IMG/VR virus record: IMGVR_UViG_2877962823_000010
From: a virus
Taxonomy: Duplodnaviria; Heunggongvirae; Uroviricota; Caudoviricetes
Length of the DNA: 64,000 nt
Reading direction: 5' to 3' (one strand)
Numbering within the stretch: position 1 is the first letter of the stretch; every line of letters starts with the position of its first letter. A program made the translations under genes and the position numbers. This document shows, in pieces, positions 50,670-61,521 of the stretch. Below the pieces are notes generated by a model that did not search any database, had not been told where the DNA came from, and saw only the letters and a program-made list of their open reading frames with translations.

Positions 50670-51455
50670 ATGAGTACAGCACTCGCAACGCTGGCAGGGA
50701 AGCTGGCTGAACGTGTCGGCATGGATTCTGTCGACCCACAGGAACTGATCACCACTCTTCGCCAGACGGCATTTAAAGGTGATGCCAGCGATGCGCAGTT
50801 CATCGCATTGTTGATCGTCGCCAACCAGTACGGCCTTAATCCGTGGACGAAAGAAATTTACGCCTTCCCTGATAAGCAGAACGGCATCGTTCCGGTGGTG
50901 GGCGTTGATGGCTGGTCCCGCATCATCAATGAAAACCAGCAGTTTGATGGCATGGACTTTGAGCAGGACAATGAATCCTGTACATGCCGGATTTACCGCA
51001 AAGACCGTAATCATCCGATCTGCGTTACCGAGTGGATGGATGAATGCCGCCGCGAACCATTCAAAACCCGCGAAGGCAGAGAAATCACCGGCCCGTGGCA
51101 GTCGCATCCCAAACGGATGTTACGGCATAAAGCCATGATTCAGTGTGCCCGTCTGGCCTTCGGATTTGCTGGTATCTATGACAAGGATGAAGCCGAGCGC
51201 ATTGTCGAAAATACTGCATACACTGCAGAACGCCAGCCGGAACGCGACATCACTCCGGTTAACGATGAAACCATGCAGGAGATTAACACTCTGCTGATCG
51301 CCCTGGATAAAACATGGGATGACGACTTATTGCCGCTCTGTTCCCAGATATTTCGCCGCGACATTCGCGCATCGTCAGAACTGACACAGGCCGAAGCAGT
51401 GAAAGTTCTTGGATTCCTGAAACAGAAAGCCTCTGAGCAGAAGGTGGCTGCATGA
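50670..51455 (+). CDS. bet: Bet single-strand annealing protein (Red beta)
   Basis: 261 aa lambda Bet-like. Confidence 0.9.
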   Translation: MSTALATLAGKLAERVGMDSVDPQELITTLRQTAFKGDASDAQFIALLIVANQYGLNPWTKEIYAFPDKQNGIVPVVGVDGWSRIINENQQFDGMDFEQDNESCTCRIYRKDRNHPICVTEWMDECRREPFKTREGREITGPWQSHPKRMLRHKAMIQCARLAFGFAGIYDKDEAERIVENTAYTAERQPERDITPVNDETMQEINTLLIALDKTWDDDLLPLCSQIFRRDIRASSELTQAEAVKVLGFLKQKASEQKVAA

Positions 51456-52132
51456 CACCGGACATTATCCTGCAGCGTACCGGAATCGACGTGAGAGCTG
51501 TCGAACAGGGGGATGATGCATGGCACAAATTACGGCTCGGCGTCATCACCGCTTCAGAAGTTCACAACGTGATAGCAAAGCCCCGCTCAGGAAAGAAGTG
51601 GCCTGACATGAAAATGTCCTACTTCCACACCCTGCTTGCCGAGGTTTGCACCGGTGTGGCTCCGGAAGTTAACGCTAAAGCACTGGCCTGGGGAAAACAG
51701 TACGAGAACGACGCCAGAACCCTGTTTGAGTTCACTTCCGGCGTGAATGTTATTGAATCCCCGATCATCTATCGCGACGAAAGTATGCGTACCGCCTGCT
51801 CTCCCGATGGTTTATGCAGTGACGGCAATGGCCTTGAGCTGAAATGCCCGTTTACCTCCCGGGATTTCATGAAGTTCCGGCTCGGTGGTTTCGAGGCCAT
51901 AAAGTCGGCTTACATGGCCCAGGTGCAGTACAGCATGTGGGTGACACGAAAAGATGCCTGGTACTTTGCCAACTATGACCCACGTATGAAGCGTGAAGGC
52001 CTGCATTATGTCGTGGTTGAGCGGGATGAAAAGTACATGGCGAGTTTTGACGAGATGGTGCCGGAGTTCATCGAAAAAATGGACGAGGCACTGGCTGAAA
52101 TTGGTTTTGTATTTGGGGAGCAATGGCGATGA
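51452..52132 (+). CDS. exo: Exo 5'-3' exonuclease (Red alpha)
   Basis: 226 aa lambda Exo-like. Confidence 0.9.
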   Translation: MTPDIILQRTGIDVRAVEQGDDAWHKLRLGVITASEVHNVIAKPRSGKKWPDMKMSYFHTLLAEVCTGVAPEVNAKALAWGKQYENDARTLFEFTSGVNVIESPIIYRDESMRTACSPDGLCSDGNGLELKCPFTSRDFMKFRLGGFEAIKSAYMAQVQYSMWVTRKDAWYFANYDPRMKREGLHYVVVERDEKYMASFDEMVPEFIEKMDEALAEIGFVFGEQWR

Positions 52133-52311
52133 AGCATCCTCACGATAATATCCGGGTAGGTGCGATCACTTTCGTCTACTCCGTTACAAAGCGAGGCTGG
52201 GTATTTCCCGGCCTTTCTGTTATCAGAAATCCCCTGAAAGCACAGCGGCTGGCTGAGGAGATAAATAATAAACGGGGAGCTGTATGCACAAAGCATCTCC
52301 CGTTGAGTTAA
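52123..52311 (+). CDS. Hypothetical protein (lambda orf60a position)
   Basis: 62-aa ORF downstream of exo. Confidence 0.45.
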   Translation: MAMKHPHDNIRVGAITFVYSVTKRGWVFPGLSVIRNPLKAQRLAEEINNKRGAVCTKHLPLS

Positions 52312-52475
52312 GAACGAGTATCGAGATGGCACATAGCCTCGCTCAAATTGGAGTCAGGTTTGTGCCAATACCAGTAGAAACAGACGAAGAATTTCATACG
52401 TTAGCCACATCCCTTTCACAAAAGCTGGAAATGATGGCGGCGAAAGCAGAAGCAAACGAGAGAGACCCGGCATGA
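52284..52475 (+). CDS. Hypothetical protein (lambda orf63 position)
   Basis: 63-aa ORF. Confidence 0.45.
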   Translation: MHKASPVELRTSIEMAHSLAQIGVRFVPIPVETDEEFHTLATSLSQKLEMMAAKAEANERDPA

Positions 52476-52551
52476 CAACAACAGAATGCATTTTTCTGGC
52501 AGCAGGCTTCATATTCTGTGTGCTTATGCTTGCCGACATGGGACTTGTTCA

Positions 52552-52767
52552 ATGACACCTCAGCAGGAAAACGCCCTTCGCAGCATTGCCCGTCAGGCTA
52601 ATTCTGAAATCAAAAAAGCCAGACAGCAGTTTCCGGATAAAAACGTCGATGACATTTGCCGTAGCGTACTGAAGAAGCACCGCGAAACGGTAACGCTAAT
52701 GGGATTCACACCGACTCATTTAAGTCTGGCGATCGGCATGTTAAACGGCGTCTTTAAGGAACGGTGA
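52552..52767 (+). CDS. Hypothetical protein (lambda orf61 position)
   Basis: Start at MTPQQENALRS; 71 aa. Confidence 0.45.
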   Translation: MTPQQENALRSIARQANSEIKKARQQFPDKNVDDICRSVLKKHRETVTLMGFTPTHLSLAIGMLNGVFKER

Positions 52768-52865
52768 ACATGAAAAGCAAAATCATCAGGGAGCTACAGG
52801 CTCCTTTTTTATTATTCGCATTCACCCTCAAGCGTATTAACCAACAATTCAGGGATTAATGAAAG

Positions 52866-53087
52866 ATGGCAGACCTCATTGATTCAGCATCAGAAATTGA
52901 AGAATTACAGCGCAACACAGCAATAAAAATGCGCCGCCTGAACCACCAGGCTATATCTGCCACTCATTGTTGTGAGTGTGGCGATCCCATAGATGAGCGA
53001 AGACGCCTGGCCGTTCAGGGTTGTCGGACTTGTGCAAGTTGCCAGGAGGATCTGGAGCTTATCAGTAAACAGAGAGGTTCGAAGTGA
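52866..53087 (+). CDS. TraR/DksA-family C4 zinc-finger protein
   Basis: 73 aa; paralog of 1744-1965. Confidence 0.7.
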   Translation: MADLIDSASEIEELQRNTAIKMRRLNHQAISATHCCECGDPIDERRRLAVQGCRTCASCQEDLELISKQRGSK

Positions 53088-53857
53088 GCGAAATTAATTA
53101 TCAGGCACTGCGTGAAAAGGCAGAGAAAGCAACTAAAGGAAGCTACATCGTAGGGCATACATCTGTTAACCAGCACGGCAATTTAACAGGAGTTTTTGTT
53201 TGCCAAAAATGGAAAGGAGAACCCGGTGGCGTGATTGCGGAATGTCATGTTAACTGCCTGATTGAATCAGATGATCAGGCTTATGCAAACGCTGAATTCA
53301 TAGCAGAGGCTAACCCGGCTACCGTGCTGGCACTGCTGGATGAACAGGAAAGAAACCAGCAATACATCAAACGCCGCGACCAGGAGAACGAGGAGATTGC
53401 GCTTACGGTTGGGAAGCTGCGTGTTGAGCTTGAAGCAGCAGAGAACAACCTTATTGATAGTGAATGCCATGTTGCTGAACTGGAAGAAGCTCTACGCGAT
53501 AAGCAGGCGTTACTTGAAGCCTCAGAAAAGCGCAACGCAAAATTACAAAGCGAGAATGCATACATCCGCAACCGGTACAAAGAACTGGACCTATTAATCG
53601 GGAAAAACATTCTGGTCATGCAGGCTGCCATTATCGAATGGCAGGCAACTGGCGACGCTAAGAGCGGACTAGCATGGATTTATAACACACTGTTTGGCCC
53701 TGGCGAATTACCGGACGAATCTGAGAAAGATGCTCAGGCCTACTTTAATCGCAAATATGCACCGATTGACGAAAAGCTTATGGCGCTTCACAAGTGGTTT
53801 TGGGAACAAAGTGAAGCCGAGCGCGCCGCTGGCATTCGCATCAAAAGAGGTGAGTAA
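53084..53857 (+). CDS. Ead/Ea22-like protein (intact)
   Basis: 257 aa; N-terminal two-thirds paralogous to the frameshifted 2233-3131 copy. Confidence 0.6.
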   Translation: MSEINYQALREKAEKATKGSYIVGHTSVNQHGNLTGVFVCQKWKGEPGGVIAECHVNCLIESDDQAYANAEFIAEANPATVLALLDEQERNQQYIKRRDQENEEIALTVGKLRVELEAAENNLIDSECHVAELEEALRDKQALLEASEKRNAKLQSENAYIRNRYKELDLLIGKNILVMQAAIIEWQATGDAKSGLAWIYNTLFGPGELPDESEKDAQAYFNRKYAPIDEKLMALHKWFWEQSEAERAAGIRIKRGE

Positions 53858-54009
53858 TGCGTGTGGCATGTATCGGCTTGTTACCGTATCCGACTCGTTT
53901 TTGGGCTTCTGCGCTAATTGCAAAGAACATCATCCCGACACCAAAGCGCCGCCATACCGGTATTGCAGCGGCACGACGAGCAGCAAAGAGATGCAGGAGA
54001 GCAAAACGA

Positions 54010-54197
54010 TGAAAAACCGTAAAGCAAAGATTCTGTTAGTTCGTAGAAACGCTCCTGGCGTCTGGCAGTGGGTGAGACTCAGCAACCGACGGATGGGGTT
54101 GATGAAATATTACGGGATGATGGATTGTGGTTTTTGCAAAAAGCCCAGCGCGGAGCAAAACCGCTGGAAAAACCACTTGCGCACTAAAGGAGAGTGA
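54010..54197 (+). CDS. Hypothetical basic Cys-containing protein (start uncertain; alternative 53868)
   Basis: ATG at 54010 with aggag SD, in frame with ORF 53694-54197. Confidence 0.3.
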
Positions 54198-54198
54198 T

Positions 54199-54414
54199 AT
54201 GGCTATTGCTGCAAGTTACACCATGCATCTCTATTGTGATTGCCTCCAGTGTACAGATGGCAAATATAAGTCGCCAGACTTCGGTGAGTATATCGGTACG
54301 TCATGGGCTGGCTGTGCAAAAGAGGCGCGCAAGGATGGCTGGCGAATAAGCAAAGACAAAACGCGTGCTTTTGCGCCAGGGCATAAAATTTTGAGGAGCA
54401 ACAAAGGAGAGTGA
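54199..54414 (+). CDS. Hypothetical Cys-rich protein
   Basis: 71 aa from MAIAASYTMHLYCDCLQCTDG; aaaggagag SD. Confidence 0.45.
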   Translation: MAIAASYTMHLYCDCLQCTDGKYKSPDFGEYIGTSWAGCAKEARKDGWRISKDKTRAFAPGHKILRSNKGE

Positions 54415-54415
54415 T

Positions 54416-54634
54416 GTGCCTACATTATTCAGAAAAGAATATCCGCGAAAAAGTAGAGCGACAGAATTTTTGTTTCTCATTCTGTTTATCGTGTTGATGA
54501 CACCGATATCCCCGCTAATTTTTGTCTGGGCAATCGGGAAAATAATTGAGCTAGTTATTGAGTTGTATAACGACGTGGTATGGGCGTCGTTCAACACACT
54601 GCACAATAAAATTAACCCATATAAGGAAAACTGA
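54416..54634 (+). CDS. Hypothetical small membrane protein
   Basis: 72 aa with central hydrophobic helix. Confidence 0.4.
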   Translation: MPTLFRKEYPRKSRATEFLFLILFIVLMTPISPLIFVWAIGKIIELVIELYNDVVWASFNTLHNKINPYKEN

Positions 54635-54635
54635 A

Positions 54636-54923
54636 ATGGCAACTTTGCAGGAATTAATCGACCTGACGCCAGAACAGGAAAAAGCGTGGAATCGTCTTGT
54701 GAAGGCTGTAAAGGATTTCAGGGCAGCCGGAGGAAAGTTTTATAGTGTCCTAGACACGCTGAGCGCATACAACGGCGAGCACGTTGCCAGCATTGATAAC
54801 GATAAGGGCTACCACACTGCAAGCGTCTATATGCCTAGCATTGATGCGCCTGGGTTAACCAGTTGGGCTGATGATTGGCACGGCATCACGCTGAAAGATG
54901 GCGTTGAAGTGGATAAGGACTAA
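54636..54923 (+). CDS. Hypothetical protein
   Basis: Start at MATLQELIDL; 95 aa. Confidence 0.45.
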   Translation: MATLQELIDLTPEQEKAWNRLVKAVKDFRAAGGKFYSVLDTLSAYNGEHVASIDNDKGYHTASVYMPSIDAPGLTSWADDWHGITLKDGVEVDKD

Positions 54924-54926
54924 CAC

Positions 54927-55550
54927 ATGACAACGTTCACCGACAAAGAAATGATTAAAGAAATCAAAGAGCGAATCGGCAGCCTGGACGTGCGAGATAA
55001 TATTGAGCGCCGTGCTTATGAAATTGCGTTGACTGCATTGACCACTGAACCATTCGCCACTATCGACACAGTGGGAATTGAGCTCGTTAAATATGGTTGT
55101 AACACGTTTATTTGTCCCGACAATTCGATGGAGCCGGGAAATGTACCACTATATATCGGCCTGCCACGAATTGATCCAGCAAGCCAGACTGCCAAGCTGT
55201 CATTCCAGGAATGGTTGTCAGAACAAAAAGAAAAAATAGACGTTGATTGCGGATGTGTAAGCATCGAAACGCTTACGCACTGGATGAAATCCGCTTATGA
55301 GGCTGGTAACTCTCCGGTAACTCCGGATAGTTGGATAAGCTGTAGTGATCGAATGCCTGAAAAGGGCCAGAACGTGCTTATTTCGGTGAATTTCGATAGC
55401 TCTCTGGTTGAACCGCTAATATGCTCCGCACGCTATACCGGAAGCACCTTTCGGCGCGGAGATGCAACGATTAAGCCGGGTAATGGTATTGAGCAAGCAA
55501 CTCACTGGATGCCGCTACCAGAACCGCCGCAGGAGGTTAACCGTGGCTAA
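54927..55550 (+). CDS. DUF551-like protein
   Basis: 207 aa; C-terminal SPVTPDSWISCSDRMP...WMPLPEPPQEV shared with 2472-3131. Confidence 0.5.
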   Translation: MTTFTDKEMIKEIKERIGSLDVRDNIERRAYEIALTALTTEPFATIDTVGIELVKYGCNTFICPDNSMEPGNVPLYIGLPRIDPASQTAKLSFQEWLSEQKEKIDVDCGCVSIETLTHWMKSAYEAGNSPVTPDSWISCSDRMPEKGQNVLISVNFDSSLVEPLICSARYTGSTFRRGDATIKPGNGIEQATHWMPLPEPPQEVNRG

Positions 55551-55827
55551 CCTGCAACTTGCCGTTAAAGGTGAATACTTCGATGCCATGATTCGCGGAG
55601 AGAAAACGGAAGAGTATCGCCTGTTTAATGACTACTGGAATAAGCGAATTATGTTCCGCGAGTATGACCGCCTGATTATCACAAAGGGATATCCGAAGCG
55701 CGACGATTCCAGCCGAAGAATTGATGTTCCGTATGACGGATATGAAATCAAGACAATCACACATCCGCACTTCGGTGATAAACCGGTAAAGGTGTTCGCG
55801 ATAAAGGTGAATATCGGCAATGAATAA
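55543..55827 (+). CDS. Hypothetical protein (possible ASCH/PUA-like fold)
   Basis: GTG start overlapping previous stop; 94 aa. Confidence 0.4.
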   Translation: MANLQLAVKGEYFDAMIRGEKTEEYRLFNDYWNKRIMFREYDRLIITKGYPKRDDSSRRIDVPYDGYEIKTITHPHFGDKPVKVFAIKVNIGNE

Positions 55828-55861
55828 CAATCCTCGCACTCGCGGGGATTTCTTTTATCTG

Positions 55862-55886
55862 AACTCGCTACGGCGAGTTTTGTTTT
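55862..55886 (+). terminator. Rho-independent terminator
   Basis: actcgc-tacg-gcgagt hairpin plus tttgtttt. Confidence 0.4.
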
Positions 55887-55898
55887 ATGGAGATGATT

Positions 55899-56198
55899 AT
55901 GGCCTGTTCAACATTCAACCCTCTAACGTTACAGAAATACCAGCCAGACCCTGAAGATTTATGCTCACTGTGTGGCGGAAATCATGGCAAAGCCGCCATG
56001 ATCGAATGTAAAGACAAAATCCACATTTGCCTTAATTGCGTTGATGTCCTCGTTGATATCAAAAATGAGAGAGAAGATAAAAAGCGTAGCGAGGCTGTTC
56101 GCGCCTTAGATTCATGGATGCGAGATGGGTATAGTGCCGCGCAAATTTATGACTTAGCAATATCAAAAGGCGAAATACCAGGAGTGCGCATCGAATAA
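55899..56198 (+). CDS. Hypothetical Cys-rich protein
   Basis: Start at MACSTF with ggag SD; CSLCGG...CLNC motifs. Confidence 0.4.
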   Translation: MACSTFNPLTLQKYQPDPEDLCSLCGGNHGKAAMIECKDKIHICLNCVDVLVDIKNEREDKKRSEAVRALDSWMRDGYSAAQIYDLAISKGEIPGVRIE

Positions 56199-56239
56199 GA
56201 CGTAACCAATATTCGAATTGAAGAACTGAAAGAACACCA

Positions 56240-56262
56240 AGCCGCCTGATGGCGGTTTTTTC
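56240..56262 (+). terminator. Rho-independent terminator
   Basis: ccgcc-tgat-ggcgg hairpin plus tttttt. Confidence 0.5.
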
Positions 56263-56283
56263 TTACACATGCAGAGGCAACTT

Positions 56284-56568
56284 ATGCGCGAGTTAGTAAA
56301 CCAACATAACCATGGCATTCAGCCAGTCATCACACCTGTTGTACAGATAAATGCGAATGAATGGGTAACACTGGAGCTTTTAATGGCTGTAACAGGCCTG
56401 AGAAAAGGAACAATATTACGCGCCAGGGACAGTGCGTGGATGAACGGCAGAGAATATAAACAAATCGCCCCCGACGGAACGCCAAAGAAAAACAGCGAAT
56501 GTCTCTATCATCTTCCTACCATCAACACTTGGATCAAAAACCAACCCTTACCATCTCAGGATGTTTAA
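56284..56568 (+). CDS. xis: Excisionase-like DNA-binding protein
   Basis: Small ORF immediately upstream of int; WVTLELLMAVTGL motif; start may be 56269. Confidence 0.5.
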   Translation: MRELVNQHNHGIQPVITPVVQINANEWVTLELLMAVTGLRKGTILRARDSAWMNGREYKQIAPDGTPKKNSECLYHLPTINTWIKNQPLPSQDV

Positions 56569-56620
56569 TTCTTGTCCATAAGAGTATAACCTGAGCGTGC
56601 TCTTGGACGCAGGAGGAACA

Positions 56621-57931
56621 ATGGCGAATTCAGCCTATCCAGCCGGCGTTGAAAATCACGGAGGAAAACTCCGAATAACGTTTAAGTACAGGGGTAAACG
56701 AGTGCGCGAAAATCTTCGCGTGCCCGATACACCGAAAAACAGAAAGATCGCTGGTGAGTTAAGGGCTTCGGTCTGCTTTGCAATCAGAACAGGAACGTTT
56801 GATTATGCCGATCGATTCCCTGACTCACCTAACCTGAAGCTATTTGGCCTGGTAAAAAAAGATATCACCGTCGGTGAACTGGCACAGAAATGGCTTACTC
56901 TGAAAGCAATGGAAATCGGTAGTAACGCCTTAAATCGTTATCAATCAGTGATGAAAAATATGCTACCGAGGCTTGGTCCTGGCAGGCTGGCGTCATCGAT
57001 TACAAAAGAAGATCTGCTGTTTATCAGGAAAGATTTACTGACCGGGGAAAAGGGAAGCAGGAAAACCAGCACGTCCCGAAAAGGAAGAACCGTACCCACA
57101 GTGAACTATTACATGACAACAACAGCCGGAATGTTCAGCTTTGCCGCCGAAAACGGGTATCTGGAGAAAAACCCGTTTAATTCAATAACACCGCTGAGGA
57201 AATCAAAACCAGTGCCGGATCCACTGACCAGAGATGAGTTTAGCCGTCTCATTGATGCCTGCCATCATCAACAGACCAAAAACCTCTGGACAGTGGCTGT
57301 TTTTACAGGGATGCGACACGGTGAAATTGCCGCACTTGCATGGGAGGATATCGACCTGAAAGCTGGCACGATAACAGTGCGACGAAATTTTACAAAAATA
57401 GGTGATTTTACGCTACCAAAGACCGACGCAGGCACTAACCGGGTTATACATCTTCTGGCACCAGCAATTGAAGCACTTAAAAACCAGGCGATGCTTACTC
57501 GTCTTAGCAGGCAGCATCAGATCACTGTTCAATTACGCGAGTACGGAAGAACAATTTTGCACGAGTGCACTTTTGTTTTCTGTCCGCAAATCGTTCGCAA
57601 GAATCACAAGGCGGGTATTAACTACGCGGTAAGCTCCATCGGAGCGACATGGGATTCAGCAATAAAAAGAGCGGGTATCCGATCCCGTAAAGCGTATCAG
57701 TCACGCCATACCTATGCGTGCTGGGCTTTATCTTCCGGAGCAAACCCGACATTTATTGCATCACAGATGGGGCACTCCAGCGCCAGCATGGTCTACAATG
57801 TTTATGGTGCATGGATGCCTGAGTGCAGCGTGACTCAAGTTGCCATGTTGAATAATGTCCTTAATGCCCGTGCCCCAGACGTGCCCCAAAGTGACCAGGA
57901 GGATGAAATAAAATTATATTTTTCAAAATGA
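56621..57931 (+). CDS. int: Tyrosine site-specific integrase
   Basis: 436 aa from MANSAYP with aggagg SD; C-terminal R...HxxR...Y catalytic region; adjacent to att. Confidence 0.9.
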   Translation: MANSAYPAGVENHGGKLRITFKYRGKRVRENLRVPDTPKNRKIAGELRASVCFAIRTGTFDYADRFPDSPNLKLFGLVKKDITVGELAQKWLTLKAMEIGSNALNRYQSVMKNMLPRLGPGRLASSITKEDLLFIRKDLLTGEKGSRKTSTSRKGRTVPTVNYYMTTTAGMFSFAAENGYLEKNPFNSITPLRKSKPVPDPLTRDEFSRLIDACHHQQTKNLWTVAVFTGMRHGEIAALAWEDIDLKAGTITVRRNFTKIGDFTLPKTDAGTNRVIHLLAPAIEALKNQAMLTRLSRQHQITVQLREYGRTILHECTFVFCPQIVRKNHKAGINYAVSSIGATWDSAIKRAGIRSRKAYQSRHTYACWALSSGANPTFIASQMGHSSASMVYNVYGAWMPECSVTQVAMLNNVLNARAPDVPQSDQEDEIKLYFSK

Positions 57932-57952
57932 TAAACCATATCCTTAGACATG

Positions 57953-57963
57953 TTGAAACCATG
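57953..57963. other. att junction core (ttgaaaccatg) between prophage copy 1 and repeated left arm
   Basis: Sequence from here onward is identical to 523 onward. Confidence 0.5.
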
Positions 57964-58081
57964 AAGCATTAAAAACACAGAATTACCGAAGATCGTCCAA
58001 GAGCATATATTTTTCAATCTGTTACACCTCATTTTGACCATGAAGAAATCAATTTTACACCGTTCTTTATACGTTCTTTTT

Positions 58082-58133
58082 TGCCCCAAATATGCCCCAA
58101 ACAACCACATTTTGCCCCAATAGTGCCCCAAAC
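58082..58133 (+). promoter_or_regulatory. tgccccaa repeat array (copy 2)
   Basis: Repeat of 652-703. Confidence 0.4.
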
Positions 58134-58496
58134 ATTTAAGGGGATTTAACTTGATATTTCAGATAATTAACGCAAGTTTGCGATGCGAATTTGCGTTAAT
58201 TTTCTGGATGAGGCATTTACCGTTACCCGTTCATCAATATTCCGCTGATTGACAAATCCTCCAGAGCTATCGCATACTGACCGCACTGAACAAATAAGCG
58301 GTCTCCGCACCCGATAGCTTTGCGGCTTTTTTATGCCTGCAATTTGGCATAGTTACATCCGTACAAAGGTCGGGTGGAGAGGCGTAATACAACACCCGCA
58401 AGGGGAATATGCCCAGAGCTTCTTATTTGGCTCAGTTGACACCCGACCGCCAGCTACTAACTGGCGGTTATAAACTAAACAAATAAGGAGGTCATC

Positions 58497-59126
58497 ATGA
58501 CCAGTCAACTCATCCCCGTATTCAACGGCACTATCGCCAACGAAACCACTCTTCTCGTTAATGCCCGTGATTTACATACTTTTCTTGGAGTAGGTAAACG
58601 CTTTGCATCGTGGATTACAGAACGTATTGAAGAGTACGGATTCGTTGAAAATCAGGACTATATAGCTATTTCCCAGAAACGGGAAATAGGTTATGGGCGA
58701 GGGAAAAAAGACTACCACCTTACCCTCGATACAGCCAAAGAAACGGCGATGGTAGAGCGTAACGAAAAAGGCCGACAGATACGCAGATACTTCATCGAGT
58801 GCGAAAAGAAACTTCGCAACATGCAGTCGGCACAAGCAGAACCACAGCAACAATTCACAGACGAGGAAATCATCCTCCTCTGCTACATGCAACTCTGGAT
58901 GGAAAAAGCCCAGGACCTCAGCAAACACCTGTATCCGATCATGAAAGAGCTGAACTCCTCATACACGAACAAGCTGTATGACATTGCGTTTGAGACCATC
59001 TACATGGTGACGAAGAACAGAGATGTGCTACTGAGAGAGGCGGCACGGCTTGACCAGTCGAGTTTCGTAGTTCAGCGGGCCAGACCAATGCTGAAAAGCC
59101 TGCGGGCAAGGCAATTCGAATTCTAA
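58497..59126 (+). CDS. Phage antirepressor, AntA-like (copy 2)
   Basis: Identical to 1067-1696. Confidence 0.55.
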   Translation: MTSQLIPVFNGTIANETTLLVNARDLHTFLGVGKRFASWITERIEEYGFVENQDYIAISQKREIGYGRGKKDYHLTLDTAKETAMVERNEKGRQIRRYFIECEKKLRNMQSAQAEPQQQFTDEEIILLCYMQLWMEKAQDLSKHLYPIMKELNSSYTNKLYDIAFETIYMVTKNRDVLLREAARLDQSSFVVQRARPMLKSLRARQFEF

Positions 59127-59173
59127 AACCAAAGGAGCTTCGGCTCCTTTTTTCATGCCTGAAGGAAAGGAAA

Positions 59174-59395
59174 ATGGCAGATATCATCGACAACGCCGCT
59201 GAAATCGAAGAATTGCAGCGCAATCTCTCCCTGCAAAAATACAAATCCGATAGTAATGCCCCATCTGCTACTCATTGTTGCGAGTGTGGCGATCCGATAG
59301 ATGAGCGGCGACGCCTGGCTGTTCGTGGATGCAGAGCTTGCGCCAGTTGCCAGCAGGATATTGAACTTATCAACAAACAGAGAGGTGTGAAGTGA
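59174..59395 (+). CDS. TraR/DksA-family zinc-finger protein (copy 2)
   Basis: Identical to 1744-1965. Confidence 0.7.
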   Translation: MADIIDNAAEIEELQRNLSLQKYKSDSNAPSATHCCECGDPIDERRRLAVRGCRACASCQQDIELINKQRGVK

Positions 59396-59676
59396 ACATC
59401 AACACCACGATAACGATCGATACAGCCCTGAACACCGGCCTAGCGCTCCTTGGTTATTTCTACATCATGTTCTGCAGCGGACGATGGCTGTCACTGTTGT
59501 TCATGAAAAAATGGAATAAACGCCGTAAGCAGGAGCAACGCCAAAAGGCAATAGATGCATTTTTCGAAGCCTTCGGTATTGACGGCATGGAACCAGGGGA
59601 TCCAGCTCGCGCAATTAGCAGAGGGGGCGTAGTAATCCTTGTATACCGGAGTGAAGAGAAAAATGAGCAAGATTGA
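59392..59676 (+). CDS. Hypothetical membrane protein (copy 2)
   Basis: Identical to 1962-2246. Confidence 0.4.
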   Translation: MNINTTITIDTALNTGLALLGYFYIMFCSGRWLSLLFMKKWNKRRKQEQRQKAIDAFFEAFGIDGMEPGDPARAISRGGVVILVYRSEEKNEQD

Positions 59677-60561
59677 CTATCAGGCACTGCGTGAAAAGGC
59701 AGAGAAAGCAACTAAAGGAAGCTACATCGTAGGGCATACATCTGTTAACCAGCACGGCAATTTAACAGGAGTTTTTGTTTGCCAAAAATGGAAAGGAGAA
59801 CCCGGTGGCGTGATTGCAGAATGTCATGTTAACTGCCTGGTTGAAACAGATGCTCAGGCTTATGCAACGCTGAATTCATAGCAGAGGCTAACCCGGCTAC
59901 CGTGCTGGAACTGCTGGATGAACGGGAAAGAAACCAGCAATACATCAAACGCCGCGACCAGGAGAACGAGGAGATTGCGCTTACGGTTGGGAAGCTGAGA
60001 GTTGAGCTGGGAGCAGCAGAGAACAACCTTATTGATAGTGAATGCCATGTTGCTGAACTGGAAGAAGCGCTACGCGATAAGCAGGCGTTACTTGAAGCAT
60101 CAGAGAAGCGCATAGCAGAACTGGAAGCCGAACTCGTAAGCCAAACTTACAAGTTGCCACACACGCAGTTTGAACAGATTGCTAACCTCTACGAAATGCA
60201 ATTTGATGACGGTCGCACTTGTGCCTTTCACACTGATGCGCAAAAGGCTGAGCAATGGCTTCAGGCGTGCGACGGAAACAGGGTTCAGGAATACGTTAAG
60301 CTGGAACGGTTGCAGAATGCGCTGTCTGGCAACTCTCCGGTAACTCCGGATGGTTGGATAAGTTGTAGTGAGCGAATGCCGGATACCAAAACAGCCGTTC
60401 TTGTTGCCGTGGAGTTTGACAGGAAAGGTGACTGGCGAATGAAGTGGGCGACTTACATCCCGGGGCATCCTGACGCTAATGATGGGTGGATAATTCCTGG
60501 TGCGTCGTGGAAACCGTCACACTGGATGCCGCTACCAGAACCGCCGCAGGAGGTGAACTGA
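59663..60561 (+). pseudogene. Ead/Ea22-like, frameshifted (copy 2)
   Basis: Same two-ORF split as copy 1. Confidence 0.5.
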
Positions 60562-60956
60562 TGGAAAATGAAGGCGATAATATCATCACACTGGTGCAGC
60601 CAAAGCGCGATGAAGAGAAGCTGCTGAACATTACAGTAACTGGCAGAAAAAACTACACACAACAGAGCTGTAAGCATCGGGCCATTGAGGTTCATGAACA
60701 GGATCACGTTATCCTGTGCTTGCAGTGCGGATGTGTTGTGGACCCTTTTCAGTATGTTCTGCGGTGTGCGAACGATGGTGAGGCTGTGGTGAGAGAGATT
60801 AGACAGCTTCATAACAGACACGATCAGCTCCGAGAATCTGTTGCCAGCCTCGAGCGTGAAGAAAAGAACACCAAAGCACGGTTGCGGGCAGCAAGAACTG
60901 CAATACTGTATGCGGAAAATGACCTTAAAAATATTGAGCAGAAGGTGAATCAATGA
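60561..60956 (+). CDS. Hypothetical Cys-containing protein (copy 2)
   Basis: Identical to 3131-3526. Confidence 0.5.
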   Translation: MENEGDNIITLVQPKRDEEKLLNITVTGRKNYTQQSCKHRAIEVHEQDHVILCLQCGCVVDPFQYVLRCANDGEAVVREIRQLHNRHDQLRESVASLEREEKNTKARLRAARTAILYAENDLKNIEQKVNQ

Positions 60957-61246
60957 CCTGGCCTGAAGCATTCGCAAATGTAGGAACAGTAATGGCGGTG
61001 GTGCTGGTTGTGTATTCGATTTGTCGCTGGAGATAAAAACGGTTTGCGGGAAAAGGAGAGTTAAGTAGAATTGCTGCGGGTGCTTGAGGCTATCTGCCTC
61101 GGGCATGAACACCAACGGCAGATAGAGAAAAGCCCCAGTTAACATTACGCGTCCGGCAAGACGCTTAACATTAATCTGAGGCTCAATCCATGCTGAACAC
61201 ATGTAGGTTAGCCTCTTACGTGCCGAAAGGCAAGGAGAAGCAGGCT

Positions 61247-61402
61247 ATGAAGCAGCAAAAGGCGATGTTAATCGCCCTGATCGTCATCTGTTTAACCGTC
61301 ATAGTGACGGCACTGGTAACGAGGAAAGACCTCTGCGAGGTGCGAATCCGAACCGGTCAGACGGAGGTCGCTGTCTTCGTAGACTACGAATCTGAGAAGT
61401 AA
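61247..61402 (+). CDS. hok: Hok/Gef-family toxin (copy 2)
   Basis: Identical to 3817-3972. Confidence 0.8.
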   Translation: MKQQKAMLIALIVICLTVIVTALVTRKDLCEVRIRTGQTEVAVFVDYESEK

Positions 61403-61521
61403 GAGACCAAGCGGGGGAGTAATCTCCCGCCACCTCTGATGTGTCAGGCATCCTCAACGCACCCGCGCTTTACCATACTGAAAATGCTGTTTGAATGTTC
61501 ATCTCTGAAAGAGGACTATGA

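Larger units (their letters stand above)
523..57952. mobile_element. Lambdoid 933W-like prophage, stx-negative, integrated in wrbA (copy 1)
   Basis: Bounded by wrbA junction and int/att junction; contains full lambdoid gene set. Confidence 0.8.
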